From assembly GCF_037042905.1 (NCBI RefSeq), contig NC_087245.1:36024001-36088000 (forward strand): DNA of 64,000 nt, written 5' to 3'. The DNA is from Lytechinus pictus. Lineage: Eukaryota. The notes below the pieces were generated by a model, which was given only the letters and a program-made list of their open reading frames with translations, had not been told where the DNA came from and searched no databases. Below are positions 15,160 to 29,645 of this stretch, piece by piece (positions within the stretch are counted from its first letter, which is position 1; every line of letters begins with the position of its first letter). The position numbers and the translations under genes are program-made.

Positions 15160-16929
15160 TTATAGAGGAGGTCCACTCTGTCGTAGTTTCAGTAAAGTAA
15201 AACGAAATAACAATAAACGGTTTTGTGAAAATCCACCACAGAATAAAAGTTACGTCAATCTTATATAGTTGCGTCACTTATCATAACTTTTAATTGCAAT
15301 TGGTGTTTTAATGTATTTTTTTCATAGAATTATGTATGAAGTAATATGTCTGATTGTATAATGAATGCACAATTAATTCAAATCGTTTCAGTTATCTGAG
15401 AAAATGACATTTAATGGAATTTCTTCATAATTTATCATTATGAAGAAAGTGATTGCAATAGCCACGTGTGGATGCTTGATGGAAACACATCATGGTGTAG
15501 AGATTAGGGGGCCATGGAACCCAAGAAAAAAGGTAGAAAAAAGAAAGAAAAGAAAAGGAATAGGGGTGGAATTTGATATTATTTTCTGAATATTATGTCA
15601 ATATCTTTATCAAACTATAGTTTCATATTAAACAGGTAAAAATAACCACCCATCATTATGATGAGTGTGGTATCAAAGGAAAGGAGGAGGTACATACTAA
15701 CCACGTGCACGGTTGTGTATAGCTTGATTCACTTTGAACATTAATGGGCTTTTGGACTTTTAGAGATACCTTACTCAAATCTATTTGCAAATGCTCTACA
15801 TTGGGCTTTAGTGATTTGACATATTTCAAATAATTGCAACATAATGACAATAACTGCAATGTACAACGCTTAGTAAATATTAAGCCCTATATATGAATGT
15901 AATTATTATTATGATTATTATTGTAATTATTATTATTATTATTAATATTCTATTATTATCATTATTGTTATTATTATTTTATTATTAGTAGTATTTTTAT
16001 TATCATCATCATTATTGTAATTATTATCATTATTATCATGTTCATTATTATTATTATTATTAAGGACCCCATGGAAGAACGGTGGTATTTTATTAATACC
16101 GCTGAAATGGGTCATCCTCCATATGATCTGTATGTTATGTTAAATTGAGCATGTATATATTTTATTTTTGTATATGGAAATAAATACAAACAAACAAACA
16201 AGTGTTATTTTCAGTATGATAGAGTCCATATGGGTAGGAATTTGCACCCCAGCCTGCATCCCCGAAAAGAAAATACCTTTTAAAGAGGGATGCAAACTTT
16301 GCACCCTTTTATCCAACGTTTTGGCACCCTGTAAGGTAAAGGGACATTTTTAGTGCATCTTGCGCCGTTACGTGTAAAAAGTATCAAACTATATTGTACC
16401 CTAACAAGGGAGCTGCCATCCTCGGTGTGGGGGGGGGGGGTCCCATCTATTCAATAATTGCATCTGCTCGTGTCGTGATTTCTCTCGAAATAACTTATAC
16501 ACAAGACGGAGTCAGTGAAAAGTACAATTCATCCCAGAAGTAAGAAATAAATATCATCCCATCGTGTGGAGTAAAACAGATGTTAATATTGGAATTCTCC
16601 GATGACTTCAATTAACGACCCACATGATGACAGATGTAAAATGTCTTCTCTTTGGTGAGGGGCGGTGAACATGAAAGGAAGGCGTCTCTTCCTGTGAAGA
16701 CGTGCAATGAAAACTCCCCTTTAATTACCCTGCCTTTGATTTCCTGAGCTATCTGAAGGAGTGTCTCTCCGCTTTTTAGTACCACAACATTGCGATTGGT
16801 GTCATAAATTAGCAAATTGCTAAAGACAGACACGGACGACCGAAAATAGCTAAATTGCGTTATTTGCAAGAACAGGACACAGGGTTGGTCTGTTTCGTTC
16901 AGGATTCGTTAGTGTAACTGTAGCCTTAA

Positions 16930-16990
16930 CCTCTCAGTACCAAGCCATGAAAAGAGTTATTCCACTGATAAGCCAACGGTACTGAGGGGG
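16930..16990. mobile_element. 61-bp piggyBac-like micro-MITE
   Basis: TTAA|CCTCTCAGTACC...GGTACTGAGGGGG|TTAA. Confidence 0.65.
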
Positions 16991-17137
16991 TTAATTAAAG
17001 AGCTGGCTTGCAGCATAATTTTTCACACTGTATGCCATGCAGTGGATGAAGGAGGAAGGGGTGGCGGTAAAGAGCGCAGACATTACAAGCAACACGTAAA
17101 ATGTCGTGGTATGTTGCAGCCATCTCATTTAATTTCA

Positions 17138-17751
17138 AGGGATACTCCGGGCTGAAAAATATTTATTTGTAACTAAAATAGACCAAAATTCACAGAGCAA
17201 AACGCAGAAAATTCCATCAAAATCTTAATCTGATAACAAATAGCAAAGTTATTGAATTTTAAAGTTTGGCAATATATTATGAAAACAGTTATATGCACGT
17301 CGTCATGGATATTCATTGGGTCGGCTGATGATGTCACACCCCCACTGTCCTTTTTTTAATGTTATTACATGAAATCATAATTGTTTGATTTTGTCATACA
17401 TGTGTGAATGTTATGTGTTCCTTTTTTATGAAATATGTTGAAGCAATAAATATATAATGCACTAAATCAGTTGTCAATCCAATATTTTTAATTCTTGGTG
17501 GAAAAATTGTATAACCCTTATTTCATAATAATATAATACAAAAGAACAAGTGGGCATATGACATCATCAGTTTGCTCATTGAATATTTATGAAGACATGC
17601 CTTAAACCATTTCACCGGAATAATGCAAATCTTTAAATTACCATGATTTTGTTATTCCTTGTCCGATTTTTATCACAAATTTTCAGTGTTTTCTTTGTCT
17701 GATTTTTCTTTATCTGTTCAAATCATGCAATTTTCAGCCTAGAGCATCCCT
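17138..17751. mobile_element. Kolobok/T2-like MITE (AGGGATACTCCGGGCTGAAAA...TTTTCAGCCTAGAGCATCCCT|TTAA)
   Basis: Inverted termini and a right TTAA (left is TTCA). Co-linear similarity to 44108-44696. Confidence 0.85.
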
Positions 17752-17948
17752 TTAATTCTCTCGTTTTGTTTTTCTTTTACCAGATAAAATGCAACGGCTC
17801 TCGACTGTATTCCATCTCTCTATATGCGTCAAGTATATAGTTTCCCCTTACATAAATTATGGTTTAACCTTACGAATAATCCTAATTGTTCATAAGTTGA
17901 AAATTCATTTATAGTTCGAAAGTCAATAACGACAAACTTCGTGCAAAC

Positions 17949-17987
<39 letters not shown>

Positions 17988-20900
17988 GACATTGTGACTG
18001 CACATGTTGAATGTGGATCCTGTTAAATAATGCAAACACATAGGCCTGATCTATATCATGTCAATGCTGGGCTTAATTTGAGCACAACAGTCGAACGCAA
18101 CATTACTGAATAGTGATGAATGACTTTTTGAATTCCAAAATCGTTCTATAATGAATATCTTTAAAAAGAAATAATGTGGTACAATTTTCACAGGAAAAAA
18201 GTGAAAACAATTTGGTGCATGCTGGGTAAAGAATTGAGGAGAACGTAAGAGAGGAGAGAGAGAAAGGGAAAGTTTAGGAGGAATAAAGAAAGTATAAATA
18301 AAGAAATGAAGTAAATAAATTCTTTATTTATTTAGAAATAAAAAGTACGACCGATTACTAGTATAAGGGAAAAGGCAATAAAGAAATGAATACATGAAAC
18401 TGAGAGACTGTGGAGTTCATTTTTTGTAAAAAGCGAAGGTGAAATAAATTCCTGCAACGTGTAACCCAAATCAAAAATACGTCGGTACCAATTTTATGCA
18501 TGTTTTTCTTTCGTCATACTCTGGCGCCTGCCTGAATATATGGGTTTGAGTCCATATGAGATAGCAGGTATAATGACTAATTGACTGCTATAGCTGATAT
18601 GAACTATTGATGCGGGTCACGGTTTCTTCACATAGGATGATCGCTGTGTTTAAAGGGGAACATGACCCGATATTAAGACAGTATATCGTCCACTCTTCTC
18701 CTTTACATGCACTTGACATTTCCCGAATGTGACATTTATGCAAGCTATAGGATCACGTTCGATTATGGCAATAATCTTATTTCCGCGGAGTCAAATTTGT
18801 CTCGCAATGGAGTCTGCTGGGAGTTGACTCGATTCCGGGTTCAAGCGACACAGATTCCGTCTGACTTTGACTCGAAATGGTGCGGCATCAACTGAAAGAT
18901 CACTAAATTCCTAGTCGACTCCGAAACGGGTCAACTATTATGAAATATGTCTGAAGTAAGTAGAGAAATAGTAGTTGGTACCATAGTCAGCCGAACAATA
19001 GCACGGATTGTGTTCATATTAAAGCTTTCTGACATTCAATCGATGCTCTGATTTTGTTTTGGCGCAATGTGTTTCTCCATTTTCTTTTCTTTGATTTTGC
19101 CATCTAGTTAGTCTTACATATTGGGAAGTATGATTAAGCATATGCGTCAATATCCAGCAGGATGTTGAGATATTCTAAATTGAAATACCAAAGCTATGAC
19201 TTTACAAGGTAGGCCTACTCTACGTTTTTAAGGTTGTATTTCTTAATATATAGGTCCTACATGTAAGTTTGCCTCTTACTCTAATATAAAATCAGGGATT
19301 TATGGTGTAAATCTAGTCAAAGAATTTTCGATCTATTCAAGAAATATATTGATTGTCAAGAAAAACTGATAAAGAATGTCACTGACTGAACTTGGCAGCC
19401 ACTGGGCATATGAGAATTGATTGCTATAACATGGGGACAAGGATGGAACCATGCCGAATAGCTAGCATGACCTCTGTGTTTTTTTTTTTGTCGTTTCTAT
19501 TAACCTTTTTACTAAATCATGAAATGAAAGCAGTTACCAATTGAACTGACCGCTGTCGTTGGAGAGACTAAATGGTAAGATTGAATAGTCATTATCCTAT
19601 GAATTCTTTGATGTTCCGAAGATAATACTCGGTATACATCATCAAAAGTCATGGAGATGGTGCTTACATTTCCCAGTAGTAATATATAAATTGAACTACC
19701 ACAGCATTGAGAGACAAGAGGGCGCTGCCACTTAATAGATCCCATAAAAATAATGGATTTATTATTTTTAGATATCAAATCCATATCAAATATTTGAAAT
19801 ATTTTATTTTGAACTACTCTGTCTCTATCTTCTCTTTTGTCTGTTAAAGAGAAATGGAATTGATTTTTTTTTTCTTATCCATGTCTAGCAATATAAATAT
19901 GAATTTTAAAAATGTACTGCCGAATCATTATTGAATAGGGTTTGATATAACAGTAAGAATATTTTGTTAAATTTATCTTGTAATGCCAAATGTGTTTATA
20001 TCTGAAAGTTCTCCAAATGCAGATATCTTGGTGTATTCAAAATTTTAGACCTTTTACCCAGCTAATGATAATTAGAGTAACCAATCGTTAAATGTAGGGC
20101 TTATAGTAATCATGTTGGCCTTCAAAATGTTTTTTATCTTTAGAGTGAAAGGTCTGTGTAATTATTCTGAAAAATATATTTATATATTTTTTTTATTATT
20201 ATCGTCTACTAGTATTTCGGAGCCACAATAAATAAATTATGTACACGTTTTGAAAATGAGTGACAGGACTAAATAATTAAATTCACACACACACACACCA
20301 TCACCCTCACACACACCCTCTCCCACACACACACTCCCTCACACACAGAGAGAGAGAGAGGACATGGGTGATTTATCAAGGGGGGGGGGAATGGGGAAGA
20401 ATATGAAAAAGAGAGGTCCTCTCTTCTATATCCCTGTAGTCATGGTAGTAGACATAAGATTGATGCAGGTATATGCATGGTCATTTTCACCAGAGAAAGT
20501 TCGCAGTGTAAGCCTCAAAGTAAAAACGCGTCACACATTACATCACGGGTTGGTCATTTTACATGGAATATACATGACAGAGCAAAACAAAAATATGCTG
20601 TTTTCAGAGGTTTTTGAGAAGGCATGCTTAAAACCAAGGTACTTAAGTCCAAGGCCAAGTTATTGCAAAAAAATAAAATAATAAAAATAGATCAGCCTTA
20701 ACGCATCTTAAGTCCAAGTCTTTAAAGCAACAGAGTACTTCTTTGTCCCACAAATTCAAAGCAATTAGAAAAAATGAAACGTTTTATAAGATTCACAAGT
20801 GAAAGCATGCAATCTTGGTAGTGATAAGCAGGCCGAGATTATGTAAATCAAGAAATTACATTCTTATCATGTATCAAAATATATATATCTGCCGAAAAAG

Positions 20901-21069
20901 AACTTGAAGTTAGTAAAATCGGATTACATCAGAGTGTTCGTCATGAGAATAACATACAACATGATTACAAAATATCTATTCACTCTCGACCTTGGCCTCG
21001 ATTTATAAATCAGAAAGACGAGCGAGACAGAAGAAGACTCACGCTTTTCATCATAAAATCATAGATTGA

Positions 21070-21557
21070 AGAAGAAGTTCACCCTGAAGAAAAGTTTCTT
21101 GCAAAATTAGTAGAAAAATAATTTTTTTAAATACCGGTGAAGGTTTGAGGAAATCCATTAAAGATTAAGAAAGTTGATAGAATTTAAAGTTTTGGATTTG
21201 TGAAGAGTAGAATAAACGAGCAGTTGCCCTCTGTTGTGTAATATAAAACGCATTTTTTTAATGGTTCGCGATTACTTTTTTTTTCTTTTTAGGAACGGGT
21301 GTGAAAATGATTGTCTATTATAATACTGAAGGTACAATAAAAACCATCATAAATTTTCTGAGAAAATTATATTTCATTGACTTTTTACCATATACGATAC
21401 GTAGGAAAGCTGCTCCCATATGACGTCACAAATCAATAATTAAAGTTCTAATATTTTTCTTTCTTTGATAGATTTTCCTTAAACCTTCGGCAATATTTTT
21501 TTAATTGATCATTCTGCTATTTGTACAATAAACTTTTTGGCAGGGTGAACTTCCCCT
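21070..21557. mobile_element. Kolobok/T2-like MITE (AGAAGAAGTTCACCCTGA...CAGGGTGAACTTCCCCT|TTAA)
   Basis: Long imperfect inverted arms, right TTAA, left TTGA. Confidence 0.8.
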
Positions 21558-24500
21558 TTAAATAGGCAATTCTCGGGAATTTCAATCCCGTAATCGGACA
21601 CACTCTTTCCAAAACGCACAAGACAAGAGTTTTTTTTTTCTCCTTATTCTCTTCACCTCGAATCAAATATCACCATCTGCGCAGACAGCAGCTGTATGTC
21701 TTTCTCTCAACCGACGACATATCATATTTCCACTAGAGTTCGATTTAATTCATCCATTGCCCACCCCCCCCCCACCCCTCCCCCTTGGATTTAGAAGTGC
21801 GATGGATTATAATTATTTTTACAGTTTTTTTTCTTCGATTGGTCACTATTTGGGAGCGGTTAGTATTATGGCTGAGCGAAATGCTACATGAATATTTTGT
21901 CACGTGAATAAGCAAGTTTCCATGGCGCTTTCAGGAATCGTAAAATGACTGCGATTAAATTCAGAAAGCGCAGATTATCCAAATGGAAAAAAATCAATTT
22001 CGACCTGACTAGGAAGCCAGGCACACTTATCAAACACATGTTAACACACGGATCCACTCACTCATAGGCATAGGCATGTAATGATATACAGATAATACAG
22101 TGCCTCACATTTAGGAATATATTTATCGATTTTTATTTACTATCAAGCATTAAAATATCGTTTAATGTGTCCTACTATTTTCACATCTAATTGTGATTAT
22201 AATGCATCTGCACGTATTGGTCTAAATACTCTTAGATACTATTAGGGGGCGATGCTGTAGGGGCTCGTCACTCTCTGATTTATAAATGACTTATGAAAAA
22301 AAAATTATGTGTGAAAAAACGTCTATATCTCCACCCCCTCCCCCCTTTCTCTCTCTCTCTCTAAATTTCATGATATTCCAAATTGTTTTGCGTACCATCG
22401 GAATCCACTCTGAATCATTATGACGGTATAGATTGTTGCTATTCCATCGATTGATAATTTTTTATAAACTCTTTATCGTCCATCTGATTTCGATGGCATT
22501 TCAATTCATATTATCTTCAGGTTTGAGTACCTCTTTCAAGAGGCGGTGGTGACCGAATATTTTATGGGGAGGGGGCAAGATGTCCTAACGATGACGTCAA
22601 ATATGTCATCAATTGAATTATAGAGGTATCTGGCCCCAGCTAGACCTCTCCATTTGTACACCCTTCTTTCACCCCCCCCCCTCTTCTTTTCTCGTTTCTC
22701 CTCTTTTCCCCACTACTCGAAAAAAAATATCATAGGAGCAGTTGCCCCTGCCCCCACCCTTCAAGTGCCGCCGCTCCTGTCCCATTTAAAGTATTACAGA
22801 AAACCTCGCATCCAAGTCAGTGAAATGAATACTTAGGCTTAGTGGCGCCTCTCAATGGCTCTTCAGATACAATAAAAGGCGCCATAAATTGTATAGCACC
22901 TGCAGCTTGGTGCGCTGAGAGGGGGTGGGTATATAAACCTAAAAGCCAATTTTTATATAGTAATGATGATATCAATCTGCTTAAACACATTTGAACGACG
23001 TCTCTATGCACTTAACAGTCTACAATAACCATGATAACCCCGGTCATCGGATTTTTGTTTATTCACACATATTTTTTTTTTAATGAAAGTTTTGAAAAAT
23101 GTTAATCGCCAAGAATAAACGGATGCAGTAAGAACTTGGAATCACCAAAAAATATATTTTGTTTTGTTTCGAATCGCACACAAGATACCGAAATGCATGT
23201 ATGGGGAAATGGAGTGGAATATTTCAGCTGTTTGTGCCATAAAGTGAATGTTAGGGAATGTTAAGAGCAGTTGTTTGTAGTCGCTATTCGCAGTTAAACA
23301 TTTTTACTGTGGGTCTATCCTCCCTGAATAACATGAAAAGAACCTCAAAACTCACCCATGATTATCTACGTCTAGGATCGACAATTAACGTCACTATCCG
23401 AAAGACGTGACAAGTGCTCGAACCTCTGCTTCAATTCGTAACTTCCCCTATACATTATGTAGGCATAAGCCACAATGCCCAGATGCGTGCTATAGTTCTA
23501 ACACAAAAAAAAATCTTTTAACAGGCGATTTTCATCTTTTTATTTAAAATCTTGTAGCATCATCTTACGTGAATATTATGTATATTATCGTCGTAGCATC
23601 TCATAACTTAATACCCGTTTGATCTCCGGCAGATAAAATGCTTTTCCATGCGGGTTTCCCCGAACTTGGGGCGGGTGTTTCCAAACCCTTGTCATTGATG
23701 TTCACTTGCAAATTTCCTCCCAGCCAATCGGATATAAGGATGTTGGTAGCTTTTAACGGCCCTTTAGGACAATCATGTCTATGAATTGCCTCATGAAACA
23801 CCATCCTGTTTCCCAAGGCTATTTATCAACTGGAAACGTCACGGCCTAAGAAGATGATGGAAGGTGAAAGCGGTGACGTCATGATGGTTATGATAGCCGC
23901 GTATCACATGTAGACCTGTAAAGAATGGATGGCTACTAACACAAGAAATGACTGTCTTGAAAGACGTTGGAGAAAATGTTGGGAAAACTGCTTTCAAAAC
24001 GTAGCACAGTGTGGGAATATACATGTTGTAAGTTAATGTGAAAATAAATTATAAGAATACAATGAATAATTGTGTAAACTATATCAAAAAAGGGAAGGAT
24101 GGCATTCAGCATGTTCGACTTTCATTAGCCATACCTATGAGAAAAAATAGGTTATATTCTGCAAGGTGATGCAGAATACATTGTCCATTTTATAGCATCA
24201 TGATGAGCTCATTTTGCTAACATTGACTTTCCTATATATAAACTCCATCTTAGCCGTATTACATCTCTTTCCACCCTGTAACCATTAACTGCTGATAGAT
24301 ACTCTTTTTGCAGCACCCTGCTGTTGGTCTCCGATATAAACGGAGGAAGAGGGAGGAGAAGAAGAAGAAGTGTAAGAAGAAGAAGAAGAAGGAGATGCAA
24401 AAGAAGAAGATGCAACGAAGTCTCAACGTGTTATTATGGGTATATTTAGTATAGCTTTTCAAAATTGCGCGATGTAGCTGCCCACACTTCATGGAATCCA

Positions 24501-24669
24501 CTTTGTCAGTTTATGCGTGGATCTCGTAGGATCCACAGCTTATGGGTGCAACTTCAGGGTGCATGAAGTGATGAGCACGGAACACTTTTGGTAGAGTTTT
24601 GCCCTTTGGGGAAGGTGCGAATCTTTACCATTTTGGTATTTATATCCCTTTGGTGCACAAAATAAAAGG

Positions 24670-25150
24670 AAAAGGCACAACAAAGGAGCAAGAAGAAGAA
24701 GGAAGAAAGGGGGAGGATCAGAAAACTAAAGAGGAAGAAGGGGAAAGAAGACGACAAGAAAATGGCAGAGCGAGGAGGGGGAGGAGGAGGAAGAAGAAAA
24801 AGAAAAAGAAGAAGAGGAAGAAGAAGGAGAAGAGGAAGAAGAAAAAGAAGATGATGACGAAGAAGAAGAAGAAGTAGAAGAGGAAGAGGAAGAAGAATAA
24901 GATGAAGGAGGAAAAGAAGAAGATGAAAAGAAGAAGAAGGAGAAGGAGAAGAAGAAGAAGGAGAAAAAGAAGAAGAAAATGAAAGAAGAAGAAGAAAGGG
25001 GAAAGAAGAAGAAGAAAGGAGAAAGAAAGAAGAAGAGGGGAGAAGAAAAAGGAAGAAGGGGGAAATGCTGGAAAATAATTTGGAGGAGTAAAAAGGGAAG
25101 CGGGGAATTGTAGGATGAGGAGGTAGAAAATAAGAAACAGAAGAAGAAAT
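24670..25150. repeat. Purine-rich (GAA/GGA)n tract
   Basis: Read directly; a shorter tract lies at 24342-24420. Confidence 0.95.
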
Positions 25151-25734
25151 TCTACTTACCACCTGAGGTCTTCGAACGCACTCGTGTTGCTGTGGCTAAA
25201 TTTGGACAAGACATTGGCTGGAAGATGAAAACGAGGATAAAGCAAACAAATGTAAGCCTCGGGGTAATTCAATTAGTCTAACCCTATTCCTAGGGTAACC
25301 GCTATTTTGTCGGTATTCGTAAATTGAATTCAAGCTATCTATCTTCTTTCCTCCTATTCTGACTGCAGGTTATGTTTAAGTATAAAACGCGTATGAGATA
25401 AGCAGGTATCGCCTAAGGTTACGCATGCTGTCTTTGTACTGTTTATGTGACCCCTTCTGCTGAACGCTAGGTGGTGACACGTTATGAATAAGTACAGAAA
25501 CTTTCTAATATCGAAGTATTGCCTTCACATAAGCAAATAATTTGATAAAGGATAAACAGTACGTTATTCGGTGTTGCAAGTCGTTTAGTTTTTTTCTCTT
25601 AGCATCATCATAGTGAGTTGGAACACAATTTCATCTTTACTAAAAAAATAGAAATGAAAAGGCAAATTGAAACAAATTATTGAAATGACCTAATTTAAAT
25701 TATAACTAAATCTCACTCCCAAGTACATTTACAA

Positions 25735-25927
25735 TGGGAGCACCTTTTAAGGTGCAACTTTGTACTCTTTTGAAAAGGTGCAACTTTGAACCACTCTGAT
25801 TGGTACAAAGTTGCACATATAAGGTGCAGAATTGCACCCCAAAGGATCTTATTTGCACCATCAAGAGAAGTACAAAGTTGTACCTTTCCAAAAAAGATAC
25901 AAAGTTGCACTCTAAAGGTGCTCCCAG
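25735..25927. repeat. Inverted-repeat element with ~55-bp arms (TGGGAGCACCTTT...AAAGGTGCTCCCA)
   Basis: Arms match by reverse complement; internal GGTGCAACTTTG repeats. No TSD identified. Confidence 0.7.
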
Positions 25928-26834
25928 TTTGACGTCTAGTCTGCATCTTTAAAGGTTGAATTAAGACGGCAACGGATCCAACTTGCCTCGGTTTTTCCTA
26001 TGAGGATGCCACCGTCCCTGGCCGTCCGCTTCATGTTTGGCCAAAATTTCAGGTGGTTACGGAAATCTTCTACGAGCACATAATGAAAGTCAGTGATTTC
26101 TAACTCTACCTTTAATTTCACAATAATTAATTGGCACAAACCGGATAAAATGGTGGATCGTGTGTATGGAGAAATACAACTATGAATTGCAACGTTTGGT
26201 TTGCCGTATATAAGGATTTACAAAAAGCTTATTGAAAAAGTTACTAAAATGACTATATCTTTGCCAAATGACCTGATTCCCCAATTAAAACTAAAAAAAA
26301 AACATGCTTAAGTGGCTTAGGCCACTTTTCTTACAATTACTTTTCTCCAAAACGGTCATGACAAGCGTAACATGTTCATAATATTCGAATTATGCAATCG
26401 TTTTCTTAATTCACAGACCCCTATACACGTACGACTTCTATGTAGATTGTTCCCATGGCCTAACTCTATACGACATTATGTAGGAGTAATTTCGCAAATA
26501 AAATTATAGTTTTATTGTCATTACACGTATACATACAAGACGCACACTCTTATACCCACCCAAACAAGAAAAAGTATTATTTCATTGCCGAGCATGTTCA
26601 ACTTTGCGAGCATTTTGATAAGGATGAAGTATGACAGGAAACTAGACTAAACGCGAGGTTCAAACTTGCACCCCAACGACGCGCTACGGGCCTGCGCAAG
26701 CGCAGTGGCAAGTGAAAGGTGCAACTATGCTCGAATACTCGCTCTGCACCCTCCCCCCCTCCCCTAGTTCTTAGTGTGTAAAATGGAATCTGCCCTCAAA
26801 ACAGCCATGGTCATAGTTGTGTCTTATACCCCAA

Positions 26835-27735
26835 ACATTTGCTGTTTAATGCTGCCCCACCCCAACCATAATCATGTGCCATATACTTCAACGTTTGTTA
26901 TGTTTCTACCCAACCCCAGCACTATCCCCACCCAAAGAATGATCATAATGCCCGCATAATACTACAACGTTGTTAGTTTGCTACTCCACCCAAAAAATGA
27001 TCATATGTATTTTACTACAACGTCTGTGATGTTTATCACTCCCTGCAATGATCATTTGCCTTATACTGCAACGTTTGTTATGTTACTATCCCAACCAAGC
27101 AATGATCATACGCCTTTTACTACAACGTTTGTTATGTTACTATCCCAACCAAGCAATGATGCCTTATACTTCAACGTTTATCGTGGTACTATCCCAACCA
27201 AGCAACGATCATTTGCCTTATACTTCAACGTTTGTAATGTTACTATCCCAACCAAGCAACGATCATTTGCCTTATACTTCAACGTTTGTCGTGGTACTAT
27301 CCCAACCAGGCAATGATCATTTGCCTTACACTTCAACGTTTGTTATGTTACTATCCCAACCAAGCAACGATGCCTTATACTTCAACGTTTATCGTGGTAC
27401 TATCCCAACCAAGCAACGATCATTTGCCTTATACTTCAACGTTTGTAATGTTACTATCCCAACCAAGCAACGATCATTTGCCTTATACTTCAACGTTTGT
27501 CGTGGTACTATCCCAACCAGGCAATGATCATTTGCCTTACACTTCAACGTTTGTTATGTTACTATCCCAACCAAGCAACGATGCCTTATACTTCAATGTT
27601 TGTCGTGGTACTATCCCAACCAAGCAATGATCATTTGCCTTATACTTCAACGTTTGTTATGTTACTATCCCAACCAGGCAATGATCATTTGCCTTATACT
27701 TCAACGTTTGTTATGTTACTGCTCCACCCCAACAA
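26835..27735. repeat. 54-bp minisatellite (CCCAACCAAGCAATGATCATTTGCCTTATACTTCAACGTTTGTTATGTTACTAT) with a 49-bp variant and a 211-bp higher-order unit
   Basis: About 16 tandem units read directly; centre homogeneous, edges degenerate. ORFs at 27286 and 27497 are offset by 211 = 3x54+49. Degenerate units recur at 29530-29645 and 31057-31210. Confidence 0.93.
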
Positions 27736-27802
27736 TTGCCACCTTTCGCAATCCTCGCGGACGCTAATATTAGGGTCCCCTAACACAAAAGTTAACGCTT
27801 AA

Positions 27803-28387
27803 AGGAGAATGAAACACTTGGAGCAAGTTAGCTTTTGTGAATGCAGAAAAATCAAAGAATAAGATAAAAAAAAAGTTTAAGTAAAATAGGACTAGCAATA
27901 TAAGAGTTATGAGCATTTGAATGTCGAGATCACTAATGCTATGGAGATCCTCCCATTGGCAATGCGACCAAGATCTATGATGTCACAGATGAACAACTCT
28001 CCCCTTTTGGACACTGCAAATATACCCCAAAACATCTCTTTTTGCTCATTCTAATCATATGACAAACGATTCATCAATGATATAATATTGTGAAACCTCT
28101 GTTCTTGTCCTCTCATAAAGAGAACACCTCACCTTGTGATAGACTCTATAAAAATGAGAATATAAGTGAAATAAGTACTAAAGTAATGAGGGAGTTGTAC
28201 GTGCGTGACATCACAGATCTTGGTCGCATTGCCAATAGGAGGATCTACATGGCATCAGTGATCTCAATATTCAAATGCTCATAACTTTCTTATTATTTAT
28301 TCAATCTTCCTCAAACTTTCAACAATATGTTTTTTTGATTTTTCTCTTTGATATGGATTCAGCTGGTTTCAAGGGTTTCATTCTCCT
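27803..28387. mobile_element. TTAA-flanked Kolobok/T2-like MITE, relative of 12316-12909, nested in a smaller MITE
   Basis: TTAA|AGGAGAATGAAAC...GTTTCATTCTCCT|TTAA. Flanks 27772-27798 and 28392-28492 rejoin into the element family seen intact at 40838-40975. Confidence 0.9.
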
Positions 28388-28951
28388 TTAATCATACACT
28401 TGATTTTTAAGATTGATTGTAAATTATAGTCAATAGAATCAAAGGTAGACAACTGCTCTACAATCAATGCTAAGCTTTGTGTTACAGGGGGGTTACAGGC
28501 CCTACAGATCTGCTTTTCGTGTGCAAAATTCTTTCCCGCGACACCCGCACCATACATGCATGTACATTACGACTGATGGCTGGAGATATTCGAAATGCAG
28601 GACCTAAAATAGATTATGACATGGATAAGAAAGTGGTTTTTCAAACAAATCGAGTACATATTGAGTGAGGAAAAAGTTACTGAATTAAGGCTTAGATATA
28701 GATCATTACAGTCCATCGAATCGATATTGCATTTAATGTGGATTATTGATGGATCTCTGGCAATTGATTCCATGGGTCAAATCACCTCTCCAGCCGAAAC
28801 CATTTCGCATGCGTTGATTATGTACACAGCATGGATACGTGTGGTGTTTTTTTTTATTTTGTTTACTCCTACACAAACGATATGCCTCTAGCACACAATG
28901 TAATGGGCATTATGCTTTACTTTCCCCAGAAATGGGGATTAGATTCGAATT

Positions 28952-29254
28952 CCCGGGGGGACCACTTCCATTGATGAGTGGATACCAGGCACGACCATGC
29001 GGTTTCGAAAAGCACCCTAAACAAGGGAAGCAAGACTTTTCCAGATTATGAAAATGCATATCTCTTAACAAGTATTTAGCTTGTGAAACCCTACAAGTAT
29101 TGAAAACATATCCTCCTTTTTCAGTATTTTAAACATCGTGTTTGGCACCCTTATAACGTTACATAGGCCTATACGTAACGTTCTTGCCCACTCTTTCCCT
29201 TTTTACGCGTGGTCGCGCCTGGTATCTACTCTTCAATGGAAGTGGGCCCCCGGG
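28952..29254. mobile_element. MITE with CCCGGGGG...CCCCCGGG termini and ~50-bp TIRs
   Basis: CCACTTCCATTGATGAGTGGATACCAGGC matches the reverse complement of GCCTGGTATCTACTCTTCAATGGAAGTGG. Confidence 0.8.
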
Positions 29255-29645
29255 CGGTCTCTCGAGCTCTGGGAGGAACCAAATGTGGCTTTGGAAAGTC
29301 GTCCTAAATCGGATATATCACTGTTACCATAGTAGCAACCAGAACTTTTTGCACACGAAACGCAGATTGAATGTTTCCGTTCCAGATGCAAAACGAAAAA
29401 ATAATCTCATGTCACACAATTTGCATTGCAGGAAAGAGTTTTACGACCATGACGACGGGCCCAAAAGTCTCTTCCAAAATCAACTACCGTCGCATATAAG
29501 CGTTCGCGTTCTCCAACGAAAGGTCGGGAATGATCTTATACTATGTAACGTTTGTAATGCTACTACCCCATCCCTACAAAGGCCATTGGCTTTATACAGC
29601 GACTTTTTTAAATAATACTTCCTCACCCCACCCAAACAATAAATC

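Noticed and set aside
24209..25162. Lys/Glu-rich and Leu/Phe/Ser-rich ORFs (also 34731-35296)
   Set aside because: Products of GAA/CTT tracts.
26835..27735. 54-bp array as a CRISPR array or as a repeat protein (PSNDHLPYTSTFVMLLSQ)n
   Set aside because: Units are contiguous with no unique spacers, there are no cas genes and the context is eukaryotic. The 49-bp variants shift the frame every 211 bp.
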